A stretch of 63,947 nt of DNA, the filler included, from Perkinsus olseni (taxonomy: Eukaryota), in assembly GCA_013115125.1 (NCBI GenBank). It is 5 parts of 5 records of this genome, joined end to end, with 100 filler letters (N's around TTAATTAATTAA, not from the genome) between each part and the next. Parts side by side here need not be neighbours in the genome. Positions count along the whole stretch, not along the records: positions 12,938 to 25,773 come from JABANN010000778.1; positions 25,874 to 38,665 come from JABANN010000780.1; 3 more parts are not named here. The stretch is one strand, 5' to 3'. This document shows positions 22,100 to 34,800 of the stretch, one piece after another (position 1 is the first letter of the stretch; the number at the start of each line of letters is the position of its first letter). The position numbers were made by a program, and so were the translations under genes. The notes under the pieces were generated by a model. That model saw only the letters and a program-made list of their open reading frames with translations. It had not been told where the DNA came from and searched no databases.

Positions 22100-23520
22100 A
22101 TGAGCAACGTTCTTCGAGAAGAACGGATTACCTTCACTGCGCCACAAAATGATGCTCATCAACTCGTTGGTACATTATGGTCCCCTTCGACTCCACCAAC
22201 GTCACCACCTGAGTGGGTCGTCATACTTTGCCATGGCCTGATGGGAGACAGGCAATCCTGTACGACCGTCCATAAGCCCCTTTCGCTCCGCTGATACTAT
22301 CATACCTTTACTTCAGCCCTATCGAAGTCCATCGCTTACGTGTTGACGACGCAGCTTGGGCTTCCAACCTTCCGGTTCGATTTTACGGGGAATGGCGAGT
22401 CGGAAGGGGAGTGGGATTATGGGAACTACGAACAAGAGGTAAGAGAATCTTAACGTCCTGTCGGGAGCTAGAACTAACCTAAGATACTACTTGAAGCGAG
22501 ACAGGTGGTTTGATTAACGTTAGGCCTTCCGGTGTGAGTACTCATAGCAGTGTGAGTAATGACTGGCAGAACGATTCTCGATGAACCAAGTTTATTATGA
22601 CGAAGTGAAAACTATTTCCAGGCGGCAGAGTTGGAGGCAGCAGTGAGGACGTTAGAGGAAAGACGGAAGCTGAAGACCCTCGCCACTATCGGCCATTCTA
22701 GAGGTCGGTCATCATCATCATCGCGATGGTGTGGCAGGCCTGTATTGGGAAGTAGCGTAAAACTACGATCAGGTGCCACTGTTGTTTGCCTGCAATGTGG
22801 TAACTCAAGCTACACCAAGATCTCTCTAGTGGTGTCTCTCAGCGGACGATATGATATGACCCATAAACCTAATCGATTCACGGATGAGGAAGTAGTGCGG
22901 TATTATCGTTATGATGAGGATGATGAAGCGTGGTCGTTCAGAAGCATCAGTTGGATACGCTGGGGTATTGTGATTGGTATCGACCTCGGCATGACGGGTC
23001 TATGAGGAAATACCGGTGGAAGAAATCCTCTATTGAAAGGATAATGGCAATGGACACTAGGAAGATGACCGAGGACTGTGCCAGGAGAGGGTCGAAGCTC
23101 ATGTTTGTACAAGCCAGAGATGATCCTGTGGTAAGCTGGAAGACTTAGTCGCGTCTACTACTAAATTAAGGATACTCTCGACGTCCGAATGGCGAGCATA
23201 TATATAAATTAGATTTTTTCTCTCTTTCGCCGCATCATTGTGGTCATGACTCTGGACTTGCCTCTCAAGGTGGAGTGCAGCTATCGGATCTCTACTCCTT
23301 CCAAAAAGCCTTCCTGAACGTCAAGGACACAGTGAAGTCGGATGGATGATTGCGTTATTCTCGAGCTCCCCCACGGCGGCGGCCATTCCTTTTCGTAATA
23401 TCAATTTCGTGGCGCGCGGTCACTGCTCCCTGTTCTTATCTCAGGGACCTGGACGCGGTGACGTTGCCGATCATTAACGAATGTCGAAGAGCGGTAACAT
23501 CTATTCGGGAAGGGAAGTAG
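22100..23520 (+). CDS. Alpha/beta-hydrolase (serine esterase/aminopeptidase S33-like), copy 1; possible frameshift near 23340
   Basis: Motifs VILCHGLMGD, FRFDFTGNGESEG, IGHSRG (nucleophile), SLSGRYD and GGGHSF. Confidence 0.82.
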
Positions 23521-23652
23521 TCGGCCCCGGCCCTCCTTTTCCCGCTTGTTTCTCGCGATTTCTACTGTGGTTTCTTCTCCCAACTGGGTTTTGTTAAAGT
23601 TGTCATGATAATAATAATTATCGTCTCTCGGGAGAGTTCTGTTTTTCTCGGA

Positions 23653-25422
23653 ATGGCAAGTGTAGAAGATAAGAGTGTCAGCTTTTTGGCGCCATCGGGT
23701 GATCATCAACTCAGTGGTATTCTCACGAGACCATCATCACCATCGTCGGATACGGTGGTCATCGTTTGCCATGGTCTCTTCTGCGATAAAAACACTCGTA
23801 AGGACTTACCTCCCGTACTAAATAAAGTGCCGTCACTCAGCAGCCCTGATATCCTCAATTGCCCAGTCATTCGTCACTGCCCTCGGTGTCTGCTCTTTCC
23901 GCTTTGACTTTTCTGGTAACGGCGACTCTGCTGGGGAGTGGGACTGTGGGGACTATCATCAGGAAGTGAGTGTTCATTCGGAAAGGCCTATCGAGTTACA
24001 ACTGAGCGCAGGAGGGCTCGGCCGTTCGATCCACTGAGGCGGGTGAACTCTGTTCAGTATCCAGTATACCCGCCTAATTTCTCGGCTTCAACGCGTCGCT
24101 ATCTAATCTCTCGGCAAATCGATGGTGGCTGATGGTGCTTATCAACCGTATTGAGGTCCCTTGTTTCCTATCAGTGGCCCTGTAAAGCTTGTGGGATAAA
24201 CTACCGCTTCGCGATCACTATTCTTCCAGCTCACCTTTTCTCTTTCGCCAAAGAACTTCTGCCTTTGAAAAGCGCCCCCGGTTTCTCCGGGTACCGAAGT
24301 TTCGCGTGAGCTCACGGTGATGTGGTACTGTCCCTTCAATAAGTCGCTGCTGCCGGCCTCTCCCTATGCTCTCATCTATTTCAGGTTCTCGAAATTGATG
24401 CAGCAGTAAGGATGCTACGCGACGATGAAGGACTGAAGACGATCTGTCTTGTCGGTCACTCGAAAGGTAGCTCTTCTCATACCGCTGTTTCCGGAAGGTT
24501 GTCTCTCCGCTCTTTGAAGTATCCGTCCACTTTGGGGGACTACAAACGACGTTGGCCTCGATTACTGGGTCTACCTCGTCCATCCTCTTTGATAGGTGGT
24601 ACTGTCGTCAGCATGTATGCTGGTGCCAATGAGGTTGCCACTCGAGTGCCGCTCATCGTATCAATCAGTGGAAGATTTGACTTGAGCGCCAAACCTGATG
24701 ATCGGTTCTCTGCGAGCGACGTAGGGTCTGCTGGGCCGACGGAGATCGTCGTTATGAGCTTGCAGGTCGAGTCACTCGAAACCGTCGGGTATTGTGATAC
24801 CGTAAGGGGGCAGAAGACCTTCCGGTGGCGGAAGGAATCTTTGCAGAGGATGTCTGCAATTGATATGATACCGATTGTGCAGAACTGTTCAAGGAAGGAA
24901 GATGTATCAATGCTGTTCATCCATGCCGAGGGTGATGATGTTGTGAGTCTTCGAAGGCTTCAGCTGTGGAAGTATTCGAATTCGATAATCTAATATCACC
25001 CCATAGTGACCCCCGTCATAAGCTTCTCCTTTCAACTATGACAATTGTCATAAGCTGACTCTGCTCATCACAATTGGCTACTTCGACTCTGCGTATCAGA
25101 TCTAGCTGTACGACTACGTTCGGGCACGACCCCGCATCCTTAACGCTTCCTGAGAGTCTCAGCGCCCGATCTGCTGGGGTTACCGTGTTTCGTCAAGGTA
25201 CCAGTCTCTGATCTCGATCTTTTCGTCGATACTTATAATAGTACTTCATCAGCAGGGCGGAAATGTATGAAGATAAAACTACCGATGGGAGTACATTTTT
25301 TCAGGTGGGTTCGATCCCGGCACATTTTATTTCTTGTTGATTTGCCGTGTAGGACCGAGGTAGAGCGGCAGGAGTTACTCAAGCCCATCTTCCAAGCACT
25401 GCGTGACAGCCACGTTGTGTGA
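23653..25422 (+). CDS. Alpha/beta-hydrolase, copy 2 (tandem paralog)
   Basis: Motifs VIVCHGLFCD, FRFDFSGNGDSAG, LVGHSKG, ISGRFD and FIHAEGDDV. Ends ...FQALRDSHVV*. Confidence 0.85.
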
Positions 25423-25768
25423 TGATCAATCAGCTTCAATGGTCCTCAGTGGTTGTGTTGTCGGTCTCGGGTTCAATTCCCCGTAGGGGCTCTTTGCCAT
25501 GGCTCTCGTGTTAGTGAGACGATGTAAATATCCGATCTACTGTTATCGCGGCTTCAGCGCTTTCACGTACGTATCGTATGATGGCGAAGCTGGAGGGTTC
25601 ACCAAGAGATTACAGAAAGGTCTGTCTTGCGATCGACCTCTTCGAACTCCACTCTCCTTCCATCAGGTTTCAGTAATGCATCGACACTCGCCTTTGAGAG
25701 TATCGATCCCTTCCGTAGAGATTGGACCAAGAAGTAATCAGGTGTCGGGTTCAATTCCACCCACCGCT
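25402..25768 (+). repeat. Right arm of the inverted repeat bounding contig 2
   Basis: Reverse complement of 12941-13307. Confidence 0.92.
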
Positions 25769-25773
25769 GCTTC

Positions 25774-25873
25774 NNNNNNNNNNNNNNNNNNNNNNNNNNN
25801 NNNNNNNNNNNNNNNNNTTAATTAATTAANNNNNNNNNNNNNNNNNNNNNNNNNNNNNNNNNNNNNNNNNNNN
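25774..25873. other. Artificial contig linker
   Basis: N44-TTAATTAATTAA-N44. Confidence 0.99.
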
Positions 25874-26199
25874 GGACAGCCGTTTCACACAATCACACTT
25901 CACACATATTGCAGGAATACTGATGGGTGCGAGCGAGTATCTAACAGGACGTTCCCAGCGTCTTTCGAACCTTCCCAGGACTATTCTTAGTAATGTACCT
26001 AGGCTCTGTCTTGTGGACACGATTTTACTGCTTCCGTTCCCGGTAACGTTCCTGAGACTCAAAGCTCTACTGAGCAGCTCGTTAATGGGCCAGACAGCAA
26101 CCGGCCCTCGGGCGCGCCAAAAATGCACGCGAAAATCGTTGTTGTACTAGCAGCAATGCTGCTGACCGGTCACGTCTCGTCTCCTAGGGTGACAGCATG

Positions 26200-29037
26200 C
26201 ATGGTCTTAGCAGGGTTTATTTTGTCATTAGTGGCCGATGTCGTCGGAGCCGTCTTCTATGTCACCTAAGCAGCGAGCTCTGCTATCTGATCTCTCTGCG
26301 ATACTCTTGGAGTTCTTTAAAGGTAGTATAACCGGGCCGTAGGGAAGGGGTACGTATCATCATTCTGCAGGGAGGACGGCAGGAGCAACGTCTGACAGTG
26401 AACAGCAGGGGAAGGAAGAGACGGCCCCTCTCGATCCTATATCACGGTGGATTTCCTCTACTCCTGGGGCTGTGGTAGGGCTACTGGATAGAATGACCGC
26501 CGCCGGGTATCTACTCCCTTCAGGACCTTCTTGTTCAACTTAGTAAGCAGCCAGCTACTACCACAACACAGCCATCGACCCAAGTCGATAACGCTTCAAG
26601 GGGCGTTGTGGCGCCGAGCACTCCTTCTAGTGCTATTTCTGGCCCCTCTGCTGCCGAGGCAACTGCCCGGCCATCAGACGCAGGACAACAACAGCAGCAA
26701 AGCGGCCTTCCTTTGCCTCTTGCTAAGCCACTAACAGGGAAGAGGTACTACGTTGACGGAGTCAGTCAGCGCTGAAGGGCTTTCTCAGGATGATACGACC
26801 CCCTATGATGTCGGTACCGGAGCACGCCCCGGCGAGTGTCAGCCCAGAGGAGAGCTGTGATGCTACTGTGGGCGGAGGGGACCTCTCTAATCAAGCATTG
26901 GTAAGGCGATCGAGATCCCTGCTCGTCCCTGCTAGACTGTTGCTGTGACTGTCAGCTGGATGATTTGGTGAATGAGCTTATTTTACTACTGGCTAATACG
27001 CCATGGATGTGTGCTTCTCTGGCCCAGCTATTGCCCCTGCTTAGTTCTCAAAGCAAGGACTTCATCCGGCAGCAGCAGGTCAGGTTGATCCGCCCTCACG
27101 CGACGCGGCCGATGGGCCTTCTTCAGGTGACTCAGGGCAGTCTAATCTCAGCTGCGAATGGGGATCTCACGCTCGTCACGGGTACTGACATATTAGTTTA
27201 TACGGGATCGGTGGAGAAGATGGCATCCTTATTGCAAATCCAACAGCAGCAACAGGGAACTTCGAGTGGTCATGAAGTACCACAACCACATACTTCTTTG
27301 GCGTCTCAACAACAGCACTTCGTAAGTAGACTGGAGCGGGCGTGATCGGTGTCAGCAGTGTTCTTGCCCCCAGGTTTTACCATCCCCCTTGTTACCATCG
27401 CAGAGTCCTTTTAGACAGGGAGGGAGCATGCAGACGGCCAATGGTGGTGGAGGGATGCTGGCTTCCCCTTTGCCGCCGCAGCAGACGATACAACAGGTAG
27501 ATACGACTAACAGGAGAACTCTCATTTTGTACCCTGCTGTGTGGTAGGCGATGCGCTTGCAGGCAGCCCAGGCAGCGGCAGCAGCTGCAGCTGGGGGAGG
27601 CGGTGGGGCGTCGCCAGGGATGCTGCAAACTGGACTAGCTAGGCCAGTACCGGTTCCAGGTGGGTTACCCATGATGCAGGGGGTGAGAGGAAATACAGTG
27701 TGATAGGTCAAGCCCAACCAAAACGTGGGGTGCTGAACATGGAGACCCTCAGTACATCACCACAGCTGGCGGCACTCGTGAAGGAGGTGAGTGTATGGGC
27801 TGCGGGTTGATATAATAGTAGGACAGAAACGGAGGTGGGCAGCGCAGGCAGAGTGTTATCTTATTTGATGAACAGTAGGCTGAGATTGACGACGGAACGA
27901 GGGGATGGGGATTTCCAATGATAGTGCCCCAGCGCGTGCTAGAAGTGGAGAGGTGAATTTGGCGGCTCAGGTTTCCTTTTTGCTCCTAACAGCGGGAGGC
28001 CCTTCGAGGCAGCTGCTCCTGTCCGAACTCGGAACACGTATCTCGGCACAGTCGCGGTAAGGGAAGTTAAACGTGGAGATCTTAGCTTGACGCTGGTCAA
28101 TTCAGAATGTTTCTCAAACTCAATCGGACGCGACTTGGTCAACTGCTTTTACGCTTCCCCAAAGACTTCTTAATAGAAGGTCAGAAGGCTAGCGGGAAGG
28201 TAGTAACTCAACTGTCCAGCAGTATGGCTGGACCCCCCGACTGGTGGACTTAGTACCTACCCGAACGAAGCCGTCTCAGGTTACTCTAATACAACCAGAG
28301 GTTATTCAGTGTCCGTCCACACCTGTACCATTAGAGAAAGATATTATTGGAGAAAATGTCGTATCCACCGGTGACTCAGCTTTCGCCGACGAAGCAGTAA
28401 GTTTATCTCGTGATACTTGCGGACCAAACTGCGCTGCCTTGTTAGCCGCCTGGGATGTCGAACAATGATGCGCAGTCCAATGTGTTCTCCCAGGCAGCAT
28501 CGGGAAATTATTACGTAAGGAGTGGTATCAGTCGCATTGGAAAAAGGGTAGGGTGTTATTCAGACTGGGAACCAGACTCAAGCCGACGACGGTCTCACGC
28601 TGTCATCGAGATCCGTGGGCAATTCGAAGAACTCTCGTCTAGCTGATCTGGGGTCGGGGCTCTCGGTTGATGTTGCGGGTCCTGGAAGGCAGCAGCAACA
28701 ACAAAGGGGGGCCAAGGATGACTATGTAAGGCATTGTTGTTGTTGGGTCGAGTAGTCATGGTTACTGGGTAGTTATACATGGCGCCACAGCAGCTGGTAT
28801 CATCTCCATTACCATTGGTCAGCCCTGGTACAGCTCTAGGCTTAACACCTTTTTCTGCACTGCCGAGGTAGGCATATCGTCTGTTGTACGGAGAAGCATT
28901 GGAATACTCTGGAGAGGCGCTGTAGTGTATTCGGTTTATGTGTAGGTCAATGGCAGAAGGAGTGCTCCAGACCCCAGCCCTTCGGCGAGATCCATCGACA
29001 TTCCCGCAACAACGACAAGAAGAACAACAGCAGTGAC
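26200..29037 (+). CDS. Multi-exon Gln/Pro-rich hypothetical gene(s); boundaries approximate
   Basis: A series of short GT-AG introns and CAG-rich exons (for example GSVEKMASLLQIQQQQQGT). No domain recognised. Confidence 0.4.
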
Positions 29038-29639
29038 CGGCGGGCACACCTTGCCGGAGCGTCACATAGTTATCCTCCCCATCTTCAACGTTCTCTAGCT
29101 ATTCGGCATTCTTTGGCTCTTTACTTTTCGACTCTCGTCTGCGCTACTCTCTCGCGGAGGATATGGTAAGCCTCTTCGAAACAACAAGACGTCTATCCGC
29201 TGTTTTGATGTTGTTGATTACGGTGAGCGTTACGATCTCTAATGTGGAGTGGCAGCTGGCGGAAGATTACTGGAGCTGATATCATTCTACGCACACTACC
29301 TTATCACTTGATTATTTCACCTCCCCATCGAGATCATCATGACGAGATGGTGGTGTCGGCTAGGGTCCGGCGGCTTTTTAGGCAACGAAGGGTTTGATGT
29401 TTGTAGCGCATAATTTTAGTTAAGACCTTGATGCTTTTTGAGTCGTCGTGAGTATCGTTCATTACCATTATGAGTAATGTAACAATAACTCGTGATGGAA
29501 GTGGCAGTAGTAGTAATACTTTTACAGAGACTATTGGTCAGACTCTTTGTTCAACATTCTCTACATCCATTAAGCTTAGCGTTGAGGTAGTCAATGAGAA
29601 GCTTCTGGCCTTGATCATCGCAGTCGCTGTCTCCGATCG

Positions 29640-31019
29640 ATGAGGCCTCGATCAGTGCTCCTCCTCCTCCTTCTGGTCGTCAGGCCGGAATGCGTTCTCT
29701 CCGCAGTGGAAGGCTGGGCCTTTGATGGCGGCTTTCCCTCAGGAAGCTATCGTGTCTTAGATGACCCCGAGGTGGAGTATGATCACAGGGATATAAGTCG
29801 TGACGGTTGTTGCTTAGGCGTCTTGTGATGCAGTAGCGGAAGCCTTGATGTTTTCGGTCAACGCAGTTGGCGCGGGGTTGACAGCCCTGAAAGATACCGC
29901 GTTCGCCATGGCAGGTGATCAGAGACTCTCGGCTGGTCCCTGCGTGAGATGTCGACTCAGGCGACATCGGTCCGCTCCTTTTGGATCCTGGCTTGCCCTC
30001 CACGGCACGAGCTAACATCAGCTCCAGCCTCTTCCCACGGGTATCAGCTTCTGTCCGACTTGTGTGGAGCCTTGCGGAACTATCTGCGTATACTTCAATG
30101 AAGCGGCAGACGTGCATCGGTCAAGTTGTGAGAGAAGCCCTCCACCGGGCGTTGCTATCCTTGGCAGGGGCGATAAGGCAGCTCGTAGGTAGCAGCTCGT
30201 CTACCAATAGCCAGGTCCCATGCACTCATGCAGCTCACTCCTTTCCCCTCCTCAGGCTGCATGTGGCATATGGTTAACATGGGCTCCTTCGGCGACTACG
30301 GCTCGCCTCATCGCAATTTACAACTCCTGCTCGGTCTTCTCCCGACCCTTTACGAATCACTCAACCTAGTCAGTGATGCTGTCCAGCAGATCGGAATAGA
30401 CAGTATTTCGATCGGGAATGCTGCCCATGAACCAGAGGGCATGTTCACCAACACTGTCGTTCTGTATAGGAAGTTATTCCCAGAGCGAGCACATTTGGAC
30501 AAGGGCCTCCTGCGAACGATTCTTCGCCTCCTTCCCATGGATTCTTCCCTGTGCGACTTTGGTGGGTTAGATGGAAGATACGCCCTCTGGCTGAATGACA
30601 CTGGGCTGATAGACGCCTACGCTGTTGACGGTATCCGTGGAATCTCCGAGCTTACCGATGGAGCGGTGATGGAGGCCGACTTAACGACACCCAACCTGAC
30701 CCTATGGAGACAGTTCGATTGTGTCCTCTCTCTCGAGGTGGCTGAGCACATCCCGAAACAACATGAGAGAGTTTTTCTGGAAAATCTTGCAAGGCACGCC
30801 GAAGAGTGCTTGATAGTGTCCTGGGCGCTACCCGAGACTCTGGGAGAAGGCCACGTTAACAGCATGGGCGAGGAAGAGTCTCATCGAAGAATCGTCGAAG
30901 TCACTGGCTTCGTTCCAGACGATACCGCAACCAAGATGCTTCGTGAGAGCGCTGAGATCGAGTGGATAGCTAGCACCGTTGCAATGTATGTGAAACCCAG
31001 TACGATGAGTCGTGTGTGA
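29640..31019 (+). CDS. Class I SAM-dependent methyltransferase with a signal peptide
   Basis: MRPRSVLLLLLLVV N-terminus. Motifs LCDFGGLDG, FDCVLSLEVAEHIP and IVSWA...GEGHVN. Confidence 0.8.
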
Positions 31020-31844
31020 AAGGTGACAGGTTGTGTCGCGTCCCGAAATCATCTGGATGAGGACAGAGTCAGCGCAGCTTTGTCTCGGATCTCGTCTGAC
31101 CACGCGGCGTTGGTCGAAGGCCACGAGTAGAAACCACTTGTCAATGGGAAACCAGCGTACTCGTTAACGTTATTATCACCATAGCTGTTGATGATATGCT
31201 ACCAGCATATCATCATCATGCTCAGTGAAGTTCTTGAACCGGAAGACACCCACTCGAAGTGACTTGAAAGGACCCGAAAGCCTCCAGTAACAAACTTACA
31301 CTTGTTTGTTTACAAACAAGACAACCAAGGAAGAGTAAACAATCAATCTCTCTGATATTAGGATCTACTCCGATCATGTCATGATTTTTGCTGAGGTGCA
31401 TGTCACCCCTGCTTGTTCTCTTTCGGTTTCGCCTGTCATGAGCTGCAGGACTATGCTGTTGAGTTCTTGCTGGTAGTCATCAGAGCTAGGCGGAACTAGT
31501 AGTGCTCTCACCGCCATTTGTCTTACCTCAGACGAGGATTATCAAGTGTTACAGACAATTCGTACCCATCCTGTACTCATATCCGACCACTATCTTGTAC
31601 TAATCATCAGTACTAACGTCCGACAATCTCTTACTCACCCAACCCGCGATATTCGTTAGTCCTTCAGTGCTGCAAGGCTCCCAGTCTTTTGTTTCAGGAG
31701 ACTCAATCTTGCTCACTTGCGGTTCCTCAACGTTCTGTCAGCAGCGGTCTCGGTCCTATACCCTGAACGATTTCCGCACTCGGTCCACGTTCCTTCCGCC
31801 GTTCTGTGCGTCTAATCAACAACTTTTCTCTGGTATCTGACATC

Positions 31845-34800
31845 ATGGTCACTGCTGAAAATCAAACAGGTGAACAAAAGGGCTATCGTGAGCAAAACTG
31901 GGGAAGGTGACTGTGACGTCTCTAGGAGCATAGCTTTTTGGAAGAGACGTTTGGTAGCGAAGAATGTCAGGGGAAAGGGAGCTCTATCGTCAACGCTGGG
32001 GTCCTTTCAGGTAACTTCACGCGACGTGACAAGCTCGTTGAGTACGAGTTTACCGCGCAGAAGAAGTGGGAGGATGCTCACGTTTACGAGCGGAATGCCC
32101 CTGAGGAAGGGGCGAAGGATGCTCCGGTAGTACTGCGGGTGTGCTTGCCGAGGAGGGAGGTGGCACTCTGGTTCTCTCGTCTCTCCAGGAGCACTTCATG
32201 GTTACATTCGCTATTCCGTACATGAACGGTATGTTGCATCTCGGTCACGCTTTCTCGCTGACTAAGGCCGAGTTCGCTGTCCGTTACCAGTCACTTAAGG
32301 GAAAGAATGTAATAATGAGGGCCAACTGGAGGGGTGGTTACTACAGCTGTGTGCCTCCAGGCTCTCTTCCCCTTTGGCTTTCACTGTACTGGTATGCCCA
32401 TCCAAGCTGCCGCCGGTAAGTGGCTCCTATACGTTGCAAGCGGCCAGGAGTTCTGTGACAGGTAACCTCAAGCGCGAGCTCACTCATGCATTAGAGAGCG
32501 AAGATGAGTCCAGTGGCCCTGAGAGCTCTGAGCAGGAGCAGCAAACCTCCAGCGAAAGTAAGATCTCACTCTGGTGTCCCGTCTCGATCTACGGTGAGGA
32601 GCTATTCATTGCGGAGTGGTCAGGTGCAGCAGCGTCTCTGGAGCGGAAGGCAGTTGGTATCTTCCACTCGAAGAAGACTAAGACTAAGGCGAAGACCGGT
32701 GGCTTGAGCCAGATTGAGATTTTGAAGAATATGGGAATCCCGGATGACGAAATTCCCAAGGTAGGTCCAGAGCAGGTCTCTTGAATTACATCTTACCTTC
32801 TTCTCATCATTAGTTTTGCGAGCCCCAACATTGGTTGGAGTACTTCCCACCACTTGGCAAGCGTGATCTCAAGCGCTTCGGAGTAGCTGTGGATTGGAGA
32901 CGCAGTTTTATCACCACTGACGCCAATCCCTTCTTTGTAAGTTCACTAGAGACTCCTTCTGGCCTGCTGCTGGGACCTCGCTCCTTCTCTGCGTCTCAGG
33001 ATGCCTTCGTGCAGTGGCAGTTCCGTCACTTGAAGGCTGGCAACCGCCTGGCATTCGGCAACCGCCCCACGATATACTCCATTCGTAAGGAGATAGGGCG
33101 AGTTGTGGCAGGCGATGCACGGCTGTTGTAGGTGATGGCCAACCCTGTGCTGATCACGATAGAGCCTCGGGTGAAGGAGTGAACCCTCAGGAGTACACTC
33201 TTATTAAGATGGAAGTCCAGGACGTGAAACCTGAGTGGAACACTGGTAATACTCGGTTCAGCCATGAGACGGTACTCTGCTCGTTTACAGGGGATAACAA
33301 GGTTTTCTTCGTGGCGGCCACTCTAAGGCCCGAGACTATGTACGGCCAGACCAACTGTTTCGTTCTCCCTTCTGCTGAGTATGGTGTCTTCCAAATGAAC
33401 AACGGAGAGGTGAGACTTAGTGGAAGTCTAGCTGCAGTATCGGTCTTCGAGAGCGTAGCGTCATGTTGTTCTGTTGTTGCTCAGGCATTCGTCTGCAGCT
33501 ACAGGTCTGCTATCAACATGGTTATGCAGGAGCTTGGGCCTAAGACGAAGAACGAGGATGGTAGTGTTTTCGACGGACCCCGGCTTTGTACAGACTGTTG
33601 TTGTTGGTTAGGTGAAGACTGTCCTGTGCAGCTTGCTACTGTGAAGGGGTCGGACCTCCTGGGTACACCTCTGAGCGCACCTCTCGCCAAATACTCCACG
33701 GTCTATGCCCTCCCTCTCCTCACCATCAGCATGGTGACCAGCGCCGCTCCGCTTGGATCAATGAGTATCTTTTTGTTGATTCAGGGCAAGGGCACTGGTA
33801 TTGTGACGTCTGTCCCTGCCGACGCTCCCGATGACTATGCGGCTTTGAAGGACTGGAAGACCCGGAAGAACTGGCGTGATCAGTACGGAGTGAAGGAGGA
33901 GTGGTGTGTGCCTTTTGAGGTGAGCGGTCATCGGATTTTCTAGGTAGACCCCAATGGTGCTGTTGTCGTCTGCAGGTTGTCCCTATCATCCGCATTGAGG
34001 ACATGCCGGAATGGGGTGACGAGGCCGCCGTCTATCTGTGTGAGTCTATGAAGATCGATTCTCATAAGCAGAAGGATAAGCTGGGCGAAGCTAAGAAGCT
34101 CTGTTACAACAAGGGCTTCTACCAAGGCAAGATGATCATTGGTAAGCCTCCCACTGACTGCCCATCGGTCTTTCTTTCCTACTTCTCCTTGTGTAGGGCC
34201 CTACGCTGGCAAGACTGTGCAGGAGGCCAAGCCTCTAGTTCGCAAGGATCTCATCGATGCCGGTCTGGCTATCAAATACTACGAGCCCGAGGGACTGGTT
34301 ATCAGCAGGTGATGACTACTACCGGGCCGTCCTCGCACTTGCCAGAGTTTGCCTCCATTCAGGTCCGGTGATGAGTGCGTCGTTGCCTACTGCGATCAAT
34401 GGTACATACGGTATGGTGAGGAGGAGTGGAAGAACAAGGTCCTCGACCATGTCAAGGTGAGCAGGCCGTTCATTCGTTGGGTTGTTCCATTTTAACCTGT
34501 GTGGCCTGTGTTTCAGAACCACTTCGAAACCTTTAACCCCAGCAGCTTGAATCAGCAGATCAACGCCATTGATTGGTTGAAGAACTGGTAGTAATGGGCG
34601 AGCCTTCTTGTTTATGAGGAGGGTATCAGTCGTGGGATTTCAGGGCCTGCTCCCGTAACTTCGGTCTTGGTACTCGCCTACCTTGGGATAAGCGGTGGAT
34701 CATCGAGAGTCTCTCTGACTCCACCATCTATATGGCCTACTATACCATTGCCCATCTGTTGCAGGGAGGTAGGTGTTGACCGGCACGTCCGATGGTGGTT

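Noticed and set aside
25499-25773. Conserved MALVLV... ORF in both inverted-repeat arms as a gene
   Set aside because: Conservation is explained by the DNA repeat. The ORF is short, Cys/Arg-rich, runs through tRNA-like motifs and matches no family I recognise.
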